A stretch of DNA of 64,000 bases, from contig JAUCBJ010008027.1 in NCBI GenBank assembly GCA_032718475.1, positions 32,010 through 96,009 of the forward strand. The letters run 5' to 3'. The notes under the pieces are model-generated. The model ran no database searches. It saw only the letters and a program-made list of their open reading frames with translations, and was not told the origin of the DNA. Source of the stretch: Nemertoderma westbladi (taxonomy: Eukaryota; Animalia; Xenacoelomorpha). Of the stretch, positions 23,444 through 36,481 are shown piece after piece. A program made the translations under genes and the position numbers. The first letter of the stretch is position 1. Each line of letters starts with the position of its first letter.

Positions 23444-24631
23444 TCACTTTCTATCTTCTAGGTTTTTGTCTATCAAGTGATCCTCTCGATTTTCTTCCAT
23501 AACCAACCGATTCAAATCAGGTACCAGGGGTTGCTGTAAATATCGCTGCAACGTCTCGGAACTGGGATTAATTGGAGATGAGCTGATAGGTCCTCTTGCA
23601 GCTGGTAGCAAAGACTGCCCTTCTTGCTCAATTGAAACAAACGGGGCATCATCCAGAATGGTGTCATTTACTTCCTGCAGCTGGGACTGCAGACGGATAA
23701 ATTTATGTTGTTGATCTAGGGCATCATTCTGCAATTGAAACTCCATATCTTTCAGTTTCTTTTGTTCCGCTAACTCCTCAAATATATTATCTTGATGACG
23801 TTGTTCCGCAGCAACTCTTTCTTCAACCTCTCGTTTCTTAGATTGGGCTATCCTTTCTTCCACAGCTTGTTGGTTGGCTCTCTTCTGGGAGCTCAGTATT
23901 ATGTTATCTCTCAGTTGTTGTGCTTCTGTTTGCTTTCGTTGAGTGATCAATTCTTCCTGTTGTTGATATTCCTGAAGGCGACGATCCCTATGTTTCTTTG
24001 CTATTTCAAAGCGTTGCATCCGGTCCTCCCTTTTTGAAGAGGCAACACTGCTTTCGCTTAATGTGCAGGTCGGGGGTGAAAATAGAGGCATCATTACTCC
24101 TGCTGCTCCACACCATTTTTGGTATAGACTAGATATTTTTTGGTATCTGCCATCGTGCTCACGTGCGCGCATCTGTAATCTATGATCAAGAGTGTCCAAT
24201 TGTCGGGCCTTGGCAACGAGACGTATCCACTCCAAATGAGACATAAGGCGTTGTCGTTTTGCTTCCAATTCAACATTCCATGTGTATACTTCGTCTGGAC
24301 GGTGAGCCTGGAAATACTCGGGGGTGAGTTTCGCTTCCAATGTGTTGAGATACCGTGTCGACGCTGATAAATATCCGGAGCTTATGTGGTCTAAACGTTC
24401 ACAAGAGACAGTGGGGTCAATACCCTCCAATTTCAACTGCATACAAGCTGATAAGTAGGAGTCTGTGGCTCTCTCACTAAGGGGTCTCGTTGTTACAGCT
24501 AATAGCTGGTGTTCTTCTGATTTGGTTTCATCACTTTCTTGCTGTGGGGGAACTACTGTTAAGTCAGAAGCTGTTAGCGAATTGTTCGGATTTTCCCCAT
24601 CTGTGGTATACTGTCCATTTTCATCAGACAT
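23444..24631 (-). CDS. gag: N-terminal coiled-coil Gag segment of element C (395 aa), in frame with gag-pol across a single TGA
   Basis: Q/E/K/R-rich helical ORF; junction AAG TGA ATG AAG is in frame. Confidence 0.8.
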   Translation of the reverse strand: MSDENGQYTTDGENPNNSLTASDLTVVPPQQESDETKSEEHQLLAVTTRPLSERATDSYLSACMQLKLEGIDPTVSCERLDHISSGYLSASTRYLNTLEAKLTPEYFQAHRPDEVYTWNVELEAKRQRLMSHLEWIRLVAKARQLDTLDHRLQMRAREHDGRYQKISSLYQKWCGAAGVMMPLFSPPTCTLSESSVASSKREDRMQRFEIAKKHRDRRLQEYQQQEELITQRKQTEAQQLRDNIILSSQKRANQQAVEERIAQSKKREVEERVAAEQRHQDNIFEELAEQKKLKDMEFQLQNDALDQQHKFIRLQSQLQEVNDTILDDAPFVSIEQEGQSLLPAARGPISSSPINPSSETLQRYLQQPLVPDLNRLVMEENREDHLIDKNLEDRK

Positions 24632-25267
24632 GTTTAAAATTGATATATGAAATATTCAACAAAGGCCTAATAAAGCCAAATGGTCTGAATGTCTTAAAAA
24701 GAAGTAGGCTTACTACTACGTTTACGGAACCGAATATAAATGTTGGGTAGGCCTACTCTATCTGTACCTATTGGGAGCAGTAGGGAAGCGTAATATGATA
24801 TCCCCTTTTCACAAAAGTAAATATCCGGAGCTTATGCGGTCTAAACGTTCACAAGATACAGTGGGGTCAATACCCTCCAATTTCAACTGCATACAAGCTG
24901 ATAAGTAGGAGTCTGTGGCTCTCTCACTAAGGGGTCTCGTTGTTACAGCTAATAACTGGTGTTCTTCTGATTTGGTTTCATCACTTTCTTGCTGTGGGGG
25001 AACTACTGTTAAGTCAGAAGCTGATGGCGAATTGTTCGGATTTTCCCCATCTGTGGTATACTGTCCATTATCATCAGACATGTTTAAAATTGATATATGA
25101 AATATTCAACAAAGGCCTAATAAAGCCAAATGGTCTGAATGTCTTAAAAAGAAGTAGGCTTACTACTACTTTTACTGAATCGAATATAAATGTTGGGTAG
25201 GCCTACTCTATCTGTACCTATTGGGAGCAGTAGGGAAGCGTAATATGATATCCCTTTTTCACAAAAG
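24368..25267 (-). repeat. 450-bp tandem duplication of leader plus gag start of element C
   Basis: 24368-24817 is nearly identical to 24818-25267, giving a duplicate MSDDNGQYTT ORF at 24809-25081. Confidence 0.93.
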
Positions 25268-26578
25268 ATTGTATTCAATCGTGGTCAGTGGATAGCCTAA
25301 AAGATTAAAATTGCTGAAACAGACAGGTATGTACCGATACTGTGTTTATATTTTAAACTTAACTGCAGAACTGCAATCAAAAACTAGTAACTTACAATTA
25401 GGCAAACACAAATATATTTACAGAATTAATAGGATTTACTGCTAGACTGAAGCAGTTAATTACTCATAAGACGAGGGTGAATAATGTCTATATTGTAAAT
25501 ATTGAAGTAGGGCCTACCTAGATACACAATTAAATAGGCCTATGCACTATGGCAGCTTGGGCTGTTGGGCAGTGTATTAAATACTAAATACATATAGGCT
25601 AGCTATATACTGATATTTATATAGATATGAACCATATATTGGTAGATACTGGACAGTCTGTCAGTGCCTATACTCAGATATCGGTACTTTATATATATAA
25701 TAACGAAAAAACGTCTGAGTTGAGTATAGGTAGGATGCTATTACCTTTAATATTATTATGTAATAATATTAATATACACACTTTAATAGACAATAATAGC
25801 CTATCAAATACTGGTACTGAAATTGGTTAACTCGGTCTATCAACCAGTTATGAGTTCTGGAGTTAACTAGGTTATATATACCATACAGATATATAGATAT
25901 ATACCGGTATATATATCAGTATAGGCTGATAGGCAAAACTCCTGATACCGGTATACCACTAAATCTGAACAGAAGCAGAACTGCAGAAGGTACCGGTATA
26001 TATTTATTAATTTATACAAAATATTACCAGTACCGGTACTCAGAATTTAAATTTGAAATTTCTTGGAATTAAAATTTGAATTAATCTGAATGTGGGAATG
26101 TGAAAATGCACAACTTCACAGATCATCAGATTATAATCATGAATAACTAAAATATTAGGCCTACCTGTGTTCAGATTAGATATTTAAGACCGGTAGGCCT
26201 AGGCTACTCGCAAATGTACGGTAGCAGGGACACAGACTGACAGAAAACAGGTTCAAGACTGTATTGGCCTAGGTAGGCCTATATCTGTATATAAAACAAA
26301 CACACACACAAAAGTGCAAAACCATAAACAACTCAAATACACCTGAAAGTTTAGGTCTACTCATTCACAAAAACTACCGCTGATTGAGCTGAGCTTAGTT
26401 CCCTAATGTATGAATAGGGTTGTGTTTAGAGTATAGGTACCAGTATAAAATTTATTACAGGTACCGTACCGGTAATTATATATATTGCAAATCTACACGG
26501 TAAACTACCGACAGACCGGTACGTTCCCAGCAGAAATGTCGCAATATAAAAGGATGTTTGCAGGTTTGGCCAATTAAA

Positions 26579-28653
26579 TGTCAGAACGCGGTTTGACATT
26601 GACAGTTTGATTCAGCCGGTAAACATATAGGTTTGTGCCAAAAATTAAATTAAATTTGGCGGAAAAACAATAATAATGACTTGGATTGATTATAATTTTT
26701 CCAGGGCAAATTTTCGACCCGTTGCGGAAACGAACGTCTGTCCTACCCAGCGCATATACACTGGTTGATGACCAACTGACAAAAGACACTCGATATGCGA
26801 GGTAATCTAAAGTAAATTGATCGCAGACTACAGAGTCTTTGGTGAAGAGCTGCCGTAGTCCACTAATCACCAAGGCTGCTGAGCCAAGGAAATTGTGAAG
26901 AACTGCGATTTTATTTTAAATTCAAAAGTTCTTATTATCACGTTGGCTAAAAGAATCCTTTGTGAAGATTCTATAGCCGGGAAGGAAATAAGGAGGGCCG
27001 GTTGCGGTACTCCAAGTATTTCTTCCCCTGGGCCACGTGTAAGCCTTGACTGGGCTGATAATTCTAGAGCTCCTTTTATAAGGATGTCCAAACCTCCCAA
27101 ACAGACTCCAGGCTCTCCCTGCACCTTAACCCTCCCCCGGTATGGTAAAAAATTATCCTTCACCGGTAACATGGGGTATTTTTATACCCCAAATTTTCAT
27201 TTTAAAGACAAAGACATTTTAAGTAACATTAAACAGAAAAACACTTGCAATCCCCCTCCCAGAATTTGCCAAATGGTGAAAAAATAAGTTGTGAATTTTT
27301 TTTTTCAATTTGGTTGAAGTCTACCCAACGCTCAATGCCACAAAAGTTATCCCACTACAATCGCGATCATCGTTAACGTCGCGATGGGGCGTTTTGCAAC
27401 AAGATACTATCATAGCGAAGCATTAGCTGTGAGAGTGTTTCTCATTTTAGGTTTTTTAGTGGTGTAATGGGTCAAGTACACCCCGAAGTATACCATTGCA
27501 GTTCCAATAAGCATAAAATGAGTCAAATACCACCACTAAAAGTCAACAAAGTGATATATATATATATATACAGACAGATATATCACCTCACAATAGCACA
27601 AGATCTTAAATTGTAATATGAAATATACACCATGACTGCAAAAGTACTGATGATTTAGTCATAAAATGTGATTATTGTGCAACTAAATTATACATTGCAG
27701 TTTCAATGAACCCAAAATGAGACCCAAAAGGCCAGAACACCTCTAAGAAAGCCTACAATAAGAATTATTCACATATACTTAGCAATCTATCGCATTGCGA
27801 TTAGGCCGAAGTCTTGGCTTGTGAAATACAGGCTGACAGGCCATACACAATACCAGAATACCAGAATGCTTCATAATACTGATAATTTGGTCTTAAAGGT
27901 CAAAGTTAAAACATGCCTCTAGCTGTCTAGTACAACTAAATCGACCATTGTGGTTCCAATGAAACCAAAATGAGTCACAAAGCACCACTAAACGAGCACC
28001 ATAACGTTATGGGGTATTTTTATACCCCATCTTACCTAACTAAGTTGTTTTCAAATTAAGGGCCCATAACATTTTTCATCAACAAAATTGTATGGGTTTG
28101 ACCCACACAATCGTTAGATTACAAGTTTTTTGGAAGATACTATGAAGTTGGACATACATAATATGAGAGATTGTCGAAAAATATCAAAAGAAATCCCCTT
28201 GGGGTATTATTTTACCCCACGTTACCGGGGGAGGGTTAATATAAATACCCAAACTGCCAAACCCAATAGAGTTACCTGATTGCCAAAGTTACCTTGCTCG
28301 CTTGACCGCGAGTGAAGCCCCTCCACACGGCGGAATAGAGTGACGGAAATATAAGTTGTAACCCACGATATAATAGAGAACGGACGACGGACCCGGTGAC
28401 CTGGTGGATTGTTCTAGGCGCTGGTGAGTAATGTTGTCTGCTTGTCTGTTAATGTAGGATTGGGAACAAATCCCATAAGAACTTTATGAATTCTCCCAGT
28501 CAGTAGTTAGCAGTACTGCAGTATGCCTACATCGGTAGGCTACTCTCTGTGTTGCAGGAGTAGTGCAGTCGTGTCCTGTCACTTCTGCTGTCTGCTATCT
28601 GATGGATACCGGAAGTGTCATTTTGTCATTTTACAGGCCACCAGGTGACGTCA
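26579..28653 (-). repeat. 5' LTR of element C (left boundary tentative), interrupted by a MITE
   Basis: Homology to 14831-15438. Candidate CA end at 26579 is followed on the minus strand by TTTAAT-TGG (possible PBS). Confidence 0.7.
27130..28235. mobile_element. Non-autonomous piggyBac-type DNA transposon
   Basis: TTAA TSD on both sides (27126-27129, 28236-28239), 13-bp TIR CCCTCCCCCGGTA, subterminal GGGGTA..TACCCC palindromes; empty site visible in the other LTR. Confidence 0.93.
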
Positions 28654-28883
28654 TAATCGTCTGATGTAAGCAAAGCGAATATAATATACTCTGACACAAA
28701 TTGTAATTTTTAACACGATGCTTTTAATATTATTATTATCAGACGAAGCGCTAATTTTAATAGTGATTAACTTAACTTTGTCAAAATGTTTTGCATATTT
28801 ACCTTGTGCGTATACTGTGCCGGGGCTATTATTTATTAGTTGACAAAATCTATTTTGTGTCATTTATTTTTTATATAAGTGTA

Positions 28884-29585
28884 CTACTAGGATCGGCATG
28901 CTGCATTGCAGCTGCATTTTTAAGAATGCTGTGCCGGCTTGTCGACAAAATTGCACCGCCAGAACTCCCTATCACCCATGACATTTGCTAGATCATCCGC
29001 ATCTTCAAGGCCAGTTTCCTTTAAGATGCGTCTCAAGAAAGTCATTGGCTGTCCACCATGCTTATTCACTCCATGAGGCTGCCAAAGTACAAGATTATGC
29101 ACTGGCTGGTCCTCACGGCGAAAGCAATGTCCTGCAAAGCGGAGGCGATTTTGTTCTAGTGTCAAGCTTGGGGGAACCAAAGAGACACCTCCAATGTTAT
29201 ATAGTGTCTGGTTGGTGATTGTGTGCATTGTACTGGACACAATGAACCCGGCGTAGCATTCTTGTGAATGTGCCATCCAGAGATTTGGTGTCCTCAGCAG
29301 TTAGAGCCCGACATGGACTCCCATAGAGGAGTACAGTACTTGAACTACTGCTGCTCTAAATAATCGGACCTTAAGTGTTCGATTAATTCTCGGTGACTTC
29401 CAAATCCTGGAAAGCCTATTCAAGGCTGCCCTTGCCTTTCCCTTACGTATTCGAAGACTTCCTGACTTCCGGATAAGTGTACTGGTACTACTGCTGCCAT
29501 AAATAATCGAACCTTAAGGTTCCGTTTTATTATATGGGACCTCCAAATCATGGACAGACTATTTGACGCTACCCATGCCTGCCTT
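28884..29585 (-). mobile_element. RTE-clade LINE 3' fragment
   Basis: RLRFAGHCFRRE...LVLWQP and RLFRAAV motifs; near copy of 32840-33300. Confidence 0.85.
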
Positions 29586-30289
29586 TGAATTTTTTGAAAG
29601 GGAAAGAACTGAGTTGATCGGCTAGCAGCAGAAACTAGATTGGGGCTAAGGATCTATCAGCGAGTCAGTTGAAGCTCTCCTGGGAACGCTATTTCCATTT
29701 TATGCATGGTTGTTATTATAATTATAAAAGAGATAATTCAGATTAGAGATAGTATATTGTAATAATAATATAATATAAATAAATACAATCATAAGAAGTT
29801 GTACTCCCAGTATAAACGGGTAAACACCTAATAATATCGTTACCGTAAATGACTCTAGGTGACTGCCGGGATATTAACTACACTGCCTTAAATATGCAGA
29901 AATGTACAAAGAACAATGTGATAATCAATTCACTCCAGCTGGTTGCTCACTAAGCAATCCCATTGGCAGTTACACTACAAATCACTTGCCAACTCAAAAA
30001 AGTAATATGTATGGTATTCACTGCACAACATTATAACAGTTACACAAGGAGGGTTACATTGGATCAGCGCCTGATATAATACTGCCATAAAGCATTAAGA
30101 AGACGAAGTAGTCTTCTATAGGGGCAACTAAATGCAATAACTGATCCAATGTGGCCCCATATATAATATTGCACATAAGTTCTGCTGATCTAAATCATCC
30201 GTATGGCCATTTTTTGTTTGCAGAATACTAAGTAAATGGAACCCTGTACAATAATTACAAATAAGAATGGTGTAAGTGTATCACCCTGA

Positions 30290-30445
30290 AGGACTCTCCA
30301 TAACACTTCGAATTGATCTGTGGATCGTACAGTGTTGATAACACTTTGATTATCCTTCTAAGAGCCAGAATATGCTCAATAGTCCCACGACCTTTACATA
30401 ACCCATTTTGGTTCCCACGTAACAGTCTCTCAAGCAGGATCCTTG
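30290..30445 (-). mobile_element. Short RTE RT fragment
   Basis: ERLLRGNQNGLCKGRGTIEHILALRRII matches the 33407-33979 ORF. Confidence 0.75.
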
Positions 30446-30822
30446 ATTGTGCGCATAGCGCATATAGAACAGACCCCTCCATAATATTATCTTGCCAGTT
30501 ATGGTCGCGAATCTATAATATTCAACTAATGGGCAACACCCATTAGTTACAACTCCATGTACTATAATTTACGTTCAAACAGAGATGTTCATGAGTGAAA
30601 GTAGTTTTGATACGGAGGTCTATGCATGCATTTAATACGCATTACAATAACCATGGCGACGCTTAGACAATCTCCACTGTGTGTTCTTCTTACGGCCCAT
30701 TAGACTGGTTGACATGCAAGTTGATTCCCCCGAGGGCGAAACTATAAAGAAGGAGAAGTGCATATCTCCAGTGTTATATAAGTCCATTAATCAGACACAT
30801 CAAAGCTGAGGCCCAAAAGGAA

Positions 30823-30972
30823 GGGTAAGGAAGGATAAGGAAGTACATATCCCCAGTGTCGCCATTAATTAATCAGACACATCAAACACAGATCGTTGGG
30901 TAAGGAAGGATAAGGAAGTACATATCCCCAGTGTCACCATTAATTAATCAGACACATCAAACACAGATCGTT
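30823..30972. repeat. 75-bp tandem duplication
   Basis: GGGTAAGGAAGGATAAGGAAGTACATATCCCCAGTG... at 30823 and 30898. Confidence 0.85.
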
Positions 30973-31895
30973 AGCGAACTGTTTCAAAATTTAACTTTAT
31001 CCACATGGGAATCTATTGAAGGGATATAAAATAAAGTTACTAACTGTTAATGATTTCATAAAGACATATATAAAGAGTACTTCTCTTTATTTTACCTTTA
31101 TCACTCTTCTACTTATCACGGCATAGATTTTGTTTTATAATTTTACACATTTTACAAAACTAACTAACTCTTTTACAAAACGTCAGTACTGTAACATTTT
31201 TTGTCCGAGGAAAACTAAAGGAAAGTTTTTTGAGTAAAGAATCATTTACCTTCAAAATAATGAAAAAAAATATTAATTTATGTGAAAATCTTATGTTTCT
31301 TCTGTAATAGTTTCACCATAACCTATGTTAAACGACCACCTAAGCTGCAATAGAGTACCGGTAGGTTATAGATGAACTTTTAAATTAAAAGTTTAATAAA
31401 ATGAATTAAATTATTGACATAACATTACATTCTGCTCCCAGTGTCAAAAATACATTTCCACATGTTGGTATTAAATTACACTTGGGCAATTTTGTATACA
31501 ACATTTTTTTCCAATTTCCAACTTTGAACAAAAACTTCCGAAAGACCTGTTCGTTAAAAGAATTATTAATACCTATACCTAAGTTGATCAGATGTTTTTT
31601 TTAACATTCCTTACACCTTTTTTCAAGGTAATTTACCTTCCAAGGATATGAAGATTAGATGTTTTATGAGAACTGATAAATATTGCTACATGTTCTGTTG
31701 ATTACATGTTGATTACATTACATGTTGATTACAAATTAATATCAATTTATATTAAATAAACATAACAACTGTTGCACCCTCTTTAACTTGGCGCAAACAT
31801 TCAATTGTGGATCGAAGTACACAACAATACTTCAATGGACAGCTGTGAAACCCAAACTACGCAATACTGAGTAACAATAGCATCACATTAACGCC

Positions 31896-32603
31896 ATGGT
31901 AGAAAAAACGCCGGAATCAAATTCTCATATTTCGCAGTATCGATTACCGAAAACTAAAGTTTATCCAGAGTTTAATTTCTTTGACAAAACTACCGATGTT
32001 GACACTGAAATGGAAGTTAAGGATGGAAGTTATATGTTCAGTAGTTTACATTTCGGTTTAAAAGCGATTGGAATAAAGGTCCACACATCATCAGCAACGG
32101 GAAGGGAGAAGAATAGCATAAAAGATAGAATCGTTAACAATGCTACAACTACAATCGTCAGTGTGATTGTCATCTTAAGTTCTGCGAAAACCGTATTTAA
32201 TCTAATAAAAGATTTGATACAAGATGGATGGCAAAGTGAAACTGATTTGTTCAACCTTTTACATGTTTCATATGTTACACAGTGTCTATGTAACTACTTT
32301 ACTCTTCTCTATTGCTTCATCAAGACGGGTTATCTTCAAACGTTTTTATCCAAATGTCATGTTTTCGCAGTTTATTCGCACGCTTGTCCAGATTTTAACA
32401 AAATGGTGGATAATATGAAACGAGATAGCATCATGATCACAATAATAGGTCTTACGTTTGTTGTTATTAACGTTGGGATTGGTTTGTTTTTTGAAATCCA
32501 CAGCGGAATTTATTACTTAGATATTCCACTATCTGTTATACCTAAAGATGAAACCAACACTGCAACCTTCTATGCCCTCTGGAGCTCTGCTATAGTGATG
32601 AAT
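31896..32603 (+). CDS. Gustatory receptor-like (GRL/7TMIC) gene, exon 1
   Basis: ATG with several hydrophobic segments; donor AAT|GTAAGT at 32604, phase 0. Confidence 0.85.
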
Positions 32604-32839
32604 GTAAGTAAGTATTCAAGTGTGGATCGTCCTGTAGAATGAATTGTATAAATAAATAAGAATTTTGAGGTATTTTTAAGTAAGTTAGTGCGAGATAAAG
32701 GTAAGTGGTTAATGAAACAGGAGAGTTATAAGAGCCTTGGGCAAAAAAGAAAATGTGCAAATACAACGGAAGATGAACAGAAAACAACCCCAATCCACCT
32801 GCATTTCCCATTTACACTCCTAAATAAATAATAGTACTA

Positions 32840-33979
32840 TGATCGGCATGCTGCATTGCAGTCTCAAGAAAGCCATGGGCTATCCACCATGCTTATTCAC
32901 TCCATGAGGCTGCCAAAGTACAAGATTATGCACTGGCTGGTCCTCACGGCGAAAGCAAAGTCCTGCAAAGCGGAGGCGATTTTGTTCTAGTGTCAAGCTT
33001 GGGGGAACCAATGATACACCTCCAATGTTATATAGTGTCTGGTTAGAGATGTGTGCATTGTACTTGACACAATGAACGCGGCATAGCATTCTTGTGAATG
33101 TGCCATCCAGAGATTTGGTGTCTTCAGCAGTTAGCTCCCATCATGGACTCCAACAGAGGAGTACTGGAACTACTGCTGCTCTAAATAATCGGACCTCAAG
33201 TTTCTGATTTATTCTCAGTGATTTCCAAATCCTGGAAAGCCCATTCAAGGCTGCCCATGCCTTTCCCTTACGTATTCGAAGGTCATGACCTGACTTCCGG
33301 ATCCATGATCCCAGGTAACAGAAGTCGTCCACATGCTCAAGCATACCATCCTTTGAGCTTATGCTCATCCGATCAGAGACTTGCTGAGGACATTCAAAGT
33401 TAACTGTCAAAATTTTCCTCGACTTCTGGAGCCAGTAGGTGGAGTTATCATCACCCCATCATCATTATGATGATCTAAGGACATGCATAGAACATAGTCA
33501 ACCACAATTATGAACAAGAATGGTGCAAGTGTGTCTCCCTGGAGGACGCCCCAAAACACTTCAAATGGTTCTGTGTCACCATCAACAGTAGACACAAATG
33601 TTGTCAAACCATCGTATACTGATCTGATTGCTGCAATCATTTCATCACGAATCCCATATAATGAAAGTATGCTGAACATACGTGAGGGAGAGACTGAATC
33701 AAAGAAGTCAACAATGATAACAGCCAGATAACTGTCTTTCTTTTTCGATAACTCTTCAATTATCCTTCTAAGTGCCAAAATGGGCTCCATGGTCCCACGA
33801 CCTTTACGGAACCCATTCTGATTTTCACGGAGCAGTCTCTCAATGGGATCCCTGATGCGATTTAATAGAATTCTATTGTATAGCTTTACAGCAATCGAGA
33901 TCAATGAGATTCCCCGAAAAGAACCATAGAGTGATAGGTTTCCCTTCTTGGGAACTGGCACCAACTTATTTGTTTTCAT
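32840..33979 (-). mobile_element. 5'-truncated degenerate RTE-clade LINE in GRL intron 1
   Basis: PVPKKGNL, FRGISL, QNGFRKGR, GVLQGDTLAPFLF, FCYLGSWI, RLRFAG motifs. Confidence 0.9.
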
Positions 33980-34033
33980 TTCTTGTTGTTCGGTACATTT
34001 CTACTATGATTGGATAGATGAAATTTAAACACA

Positions 34034-34342
34034 AGGGGTGGGCGCTACTCTTATCTGCTACCCGAAGGTAGGGGTGGTCGCTACTCCTATCTGCTACCCG
34101 AAGGTAGGGGTGGGCGCTACTCCTATCTGCTACCCGAAGGTAGGGATGGGCGCTACTCCTGTCTGCTACCCGAAGGTACGGGTGGGCACTACTCCTATCT
34201 GCTACCCAAAGGAAGGGGTGGGCGCTACTCCTATTTGCTACGCGATGGTAGGGGTGGCCGCTACTCCTATCTGCTACCCAAAGGAAGGGGTGGGCACTAC
34301 TCCTATCTGCTACCCAAAGGTAGTGGTTGGCGCTACTCCTAT
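34034..34342. repeat. 36-bp minisatellite (~8.5 units)
   Basis: Unit GGGGTGGGCGCTACTCCTATCTGCTACCCGAAGGTA. Confidence 0.93.
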
Positions 34343-34403
34343 ATCAAGTTTTGTTTCATTGATTTATCTAACACATGTGATGGAATGTAGGGAAGGTATG
34401 GGA

Positions 34404-34481
34404 TGGACCCTGGAGGGCTCGAACCCATAACCAATAGATTGCAGACCCTTCGCTCAGCCAACTGTGCTTTTGATAGCGGTC
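34404..34481 (-). other. tRNA-derived sequence (SINE head or tRNA pseudogene)
   Basis: Minus strand shows A-box-like AGCACAGTTGG, B-box GGGTTCGAGCCC and GACC...GGTCCA ends; cloverleaf imperfect. Confidence 0.6.
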
Positions 34482-34554
34482 AATAGCACAGGTTATAGTA
34501 AATTTATTGGCAAGATGAAATAGCACCCCTAATGACCACAGTACAATCAGATGC

Positions 34555-34667
34555 ACCAGTTGTTACTTAATTACTAGTAGTTACTTAATTACCAGTAGTT
34601 ACTTAATTACCAGTAGTTATGTAATTACCAGTAGTTACATAATTACCAGTAGTTACTTATGTAACTT
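34555..34667. repeat. 18-bp tandem repeat ACCAGTAGTTACTTAATT
   Basis: Five to six units; related units resume at 36432-36468 after the CRE element. Confidence 0.85.
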
Positions 34668-36410
34668 ATCTCTCTGCTATCGGCCCGATTGATCGCAATC
34701 AATAAATGTCCAGGGGTTCGCCGAATCGGGATTGGCGAGGTGTTACGGACGGTCATCGGAAAATCGATAGTCCAGTGTGTCTCTGATGATCTCCAGACTG
34801 TCGCTTGTACCACCCAGCTCTGCTGCAGCCAGAAGGCGGGAATTGAGCACGCCATACACAGCCTCCATGACGCATTCACTACTGACAACTGCGAGGCTGT
34901 GCTCCAGGTTGATGCAAATAACACGTTCAACTCGTTGAACCGAGCAGCTGCCACCGCAACATCTGCCCTGTCTATGTCCATCCCTCCAGACCATCAATAG
35001 TGTCGAACTGTTATTCTCTGCCAACAAAGCTTTACATCGGTGGAGAGTATATCCTATCGGCGGAAGGATCGACCCAGGGGGACCCAATCACTATGCCCAT
35101 GTACATGGGGATGCTCCCGTTAATCGGTGTGATGGATGACGCATCTGGAGCCCTGCAGAAGTATTACACCGATGATGCGAACGCAGCAGGTTCACTGGTG
35201 GAACTCAGGAAGTTCTGGGAGTGTCTGGTGCAGTGGGGCCACTATACGGATATAATCCAACGAAGTGCCATCTGTTGGTGAAGCCGGAGAGTTTGGAGGA
35301 GTCTCAACGGATGTTCCTAGAGGATTGTTTCACCGCCGGGATCCATGGGAATAAACTGCTTGGTGGGGTATTCAGGACAGACGAGTTCCGGGAGGTCTTT
35401 GTCCAGTCGAAAGTCGATGAGTTTGTCACCCAGATACAGCAACTCAGCGAGGTGGCAACAACAATTCACCCACACTGCGCATATATGGGACTGGCTGTCG
35501 GATTGGTCGTACGGTGGAGGTTTGTTGGTTGCTGAACCCGATGCGTCGGCCTGGCTAAACGCGCATCCAATAACCCTCCTCGACGCCCATCTCAGTAAGG
35601 AGGAGTTTCGTGACACCCTGTGTTTACGATATGGGTGGCAACCCGATTCGCTTCCATCCCGTTGTGCATGTGGGACAAGATTATCAACCAACCATATCTT
35701 GCCCTGTCCCACCGGTTCCATCGATTCAATGGAACTGTCCATGAGCTATCCATTGATTCAGCATAACAAACTGCGGGATTTCGTCGCCTCCACCCTAATG
35801 GATGTCACCCACAACGTCAACATCGAGCTGCACCTGCAGCCAATCACCAGCGAGGAGTTTAACACCACCTCCGTCCACCTCCGTTGACCAACAAGCCCGG
35901 CTGGATGTCTCAGTTTCCGGTTTCTGGGGGAGTTAATCGTTTATCGACATCTCAGTTTTCAATCCCATCGCCCCAATGAATGCAGCTATAGAACTTGACG
36001 CCACCCATCTGTTCCACGAGAACCGGAAATGGAATAAATATCAGGAATGGATCCAGAATGAAGTTGGCCGAATGGCGCGAGATGCCATATAGCGAATGTG
36101 TGAACTGGGTGCGATGGCAACTGAGTTTCGCCTTGCTGAGGTCCTCGCTCATGTGCGTCTGTGGCTCTAGGTCTGCCCGTAAATGCCCAGCATGCATATA
36201 TCAGGACATCGCTCAAGCCTCTATCCGTTTGGCAAATGCTGATACAAGCATAAAGTAATTTTGAAATTCCCATGCGCACTACACTCAATAATAATTCTAA
36301 GCTAAGCAACATTGTACAGTAGCCTGGTGGGTGGTGGGTGGGGTTTTTCTTTTTTTTATAACTTTTATGTGTCTTTTTATATCTTTGACTAGTTTATCAT
36401 TAAAAAAAAA
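34668..36410 (+). mobile_element. 5'-truncated degenerate CRE-clade non-LTR retrotransposon (RT + RLE)
   Basis: RLIAINKCPGVRRIGIGEVLR, QKAGIEHAIH, GSTQGDP, YTDD, CACG..NHILPC..HNKLRD, LSFALLRSSLMC; ends in an A-run at ~36402-36410. Confidence 0.82.
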
Positions 36411-36481
36411 GCACTAAGCAGCCTAAATAAAAGTAGTTACTTAATTACAAGTAACTTAATTACTTAATATTATATTTTCAG

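Larger units (their letters stand above)
14831..28653 (-). mobile_element. BEL/Pao LTR retrotransposon (element C), 3' LTR truncated
   Basis: LTR repeat 14831-15438 matches 26936-27129 + 28240-28653; PPT AGGGAGTGGTA next to 15438; gag-pol 24631-17003. Confidence 0.92.

Noticed and set aside
34038-34430. 130-aa repeat protein (GATPICYPKVGV)n
   Set aside because: Translation of a 36-bp intronic minisatellite; no true ATG start.
34404-34481. Functional tRNA gene
   Set aside because: Acceptor and anticodon stems are imperfect; treated as a SINE head or pseudogene.
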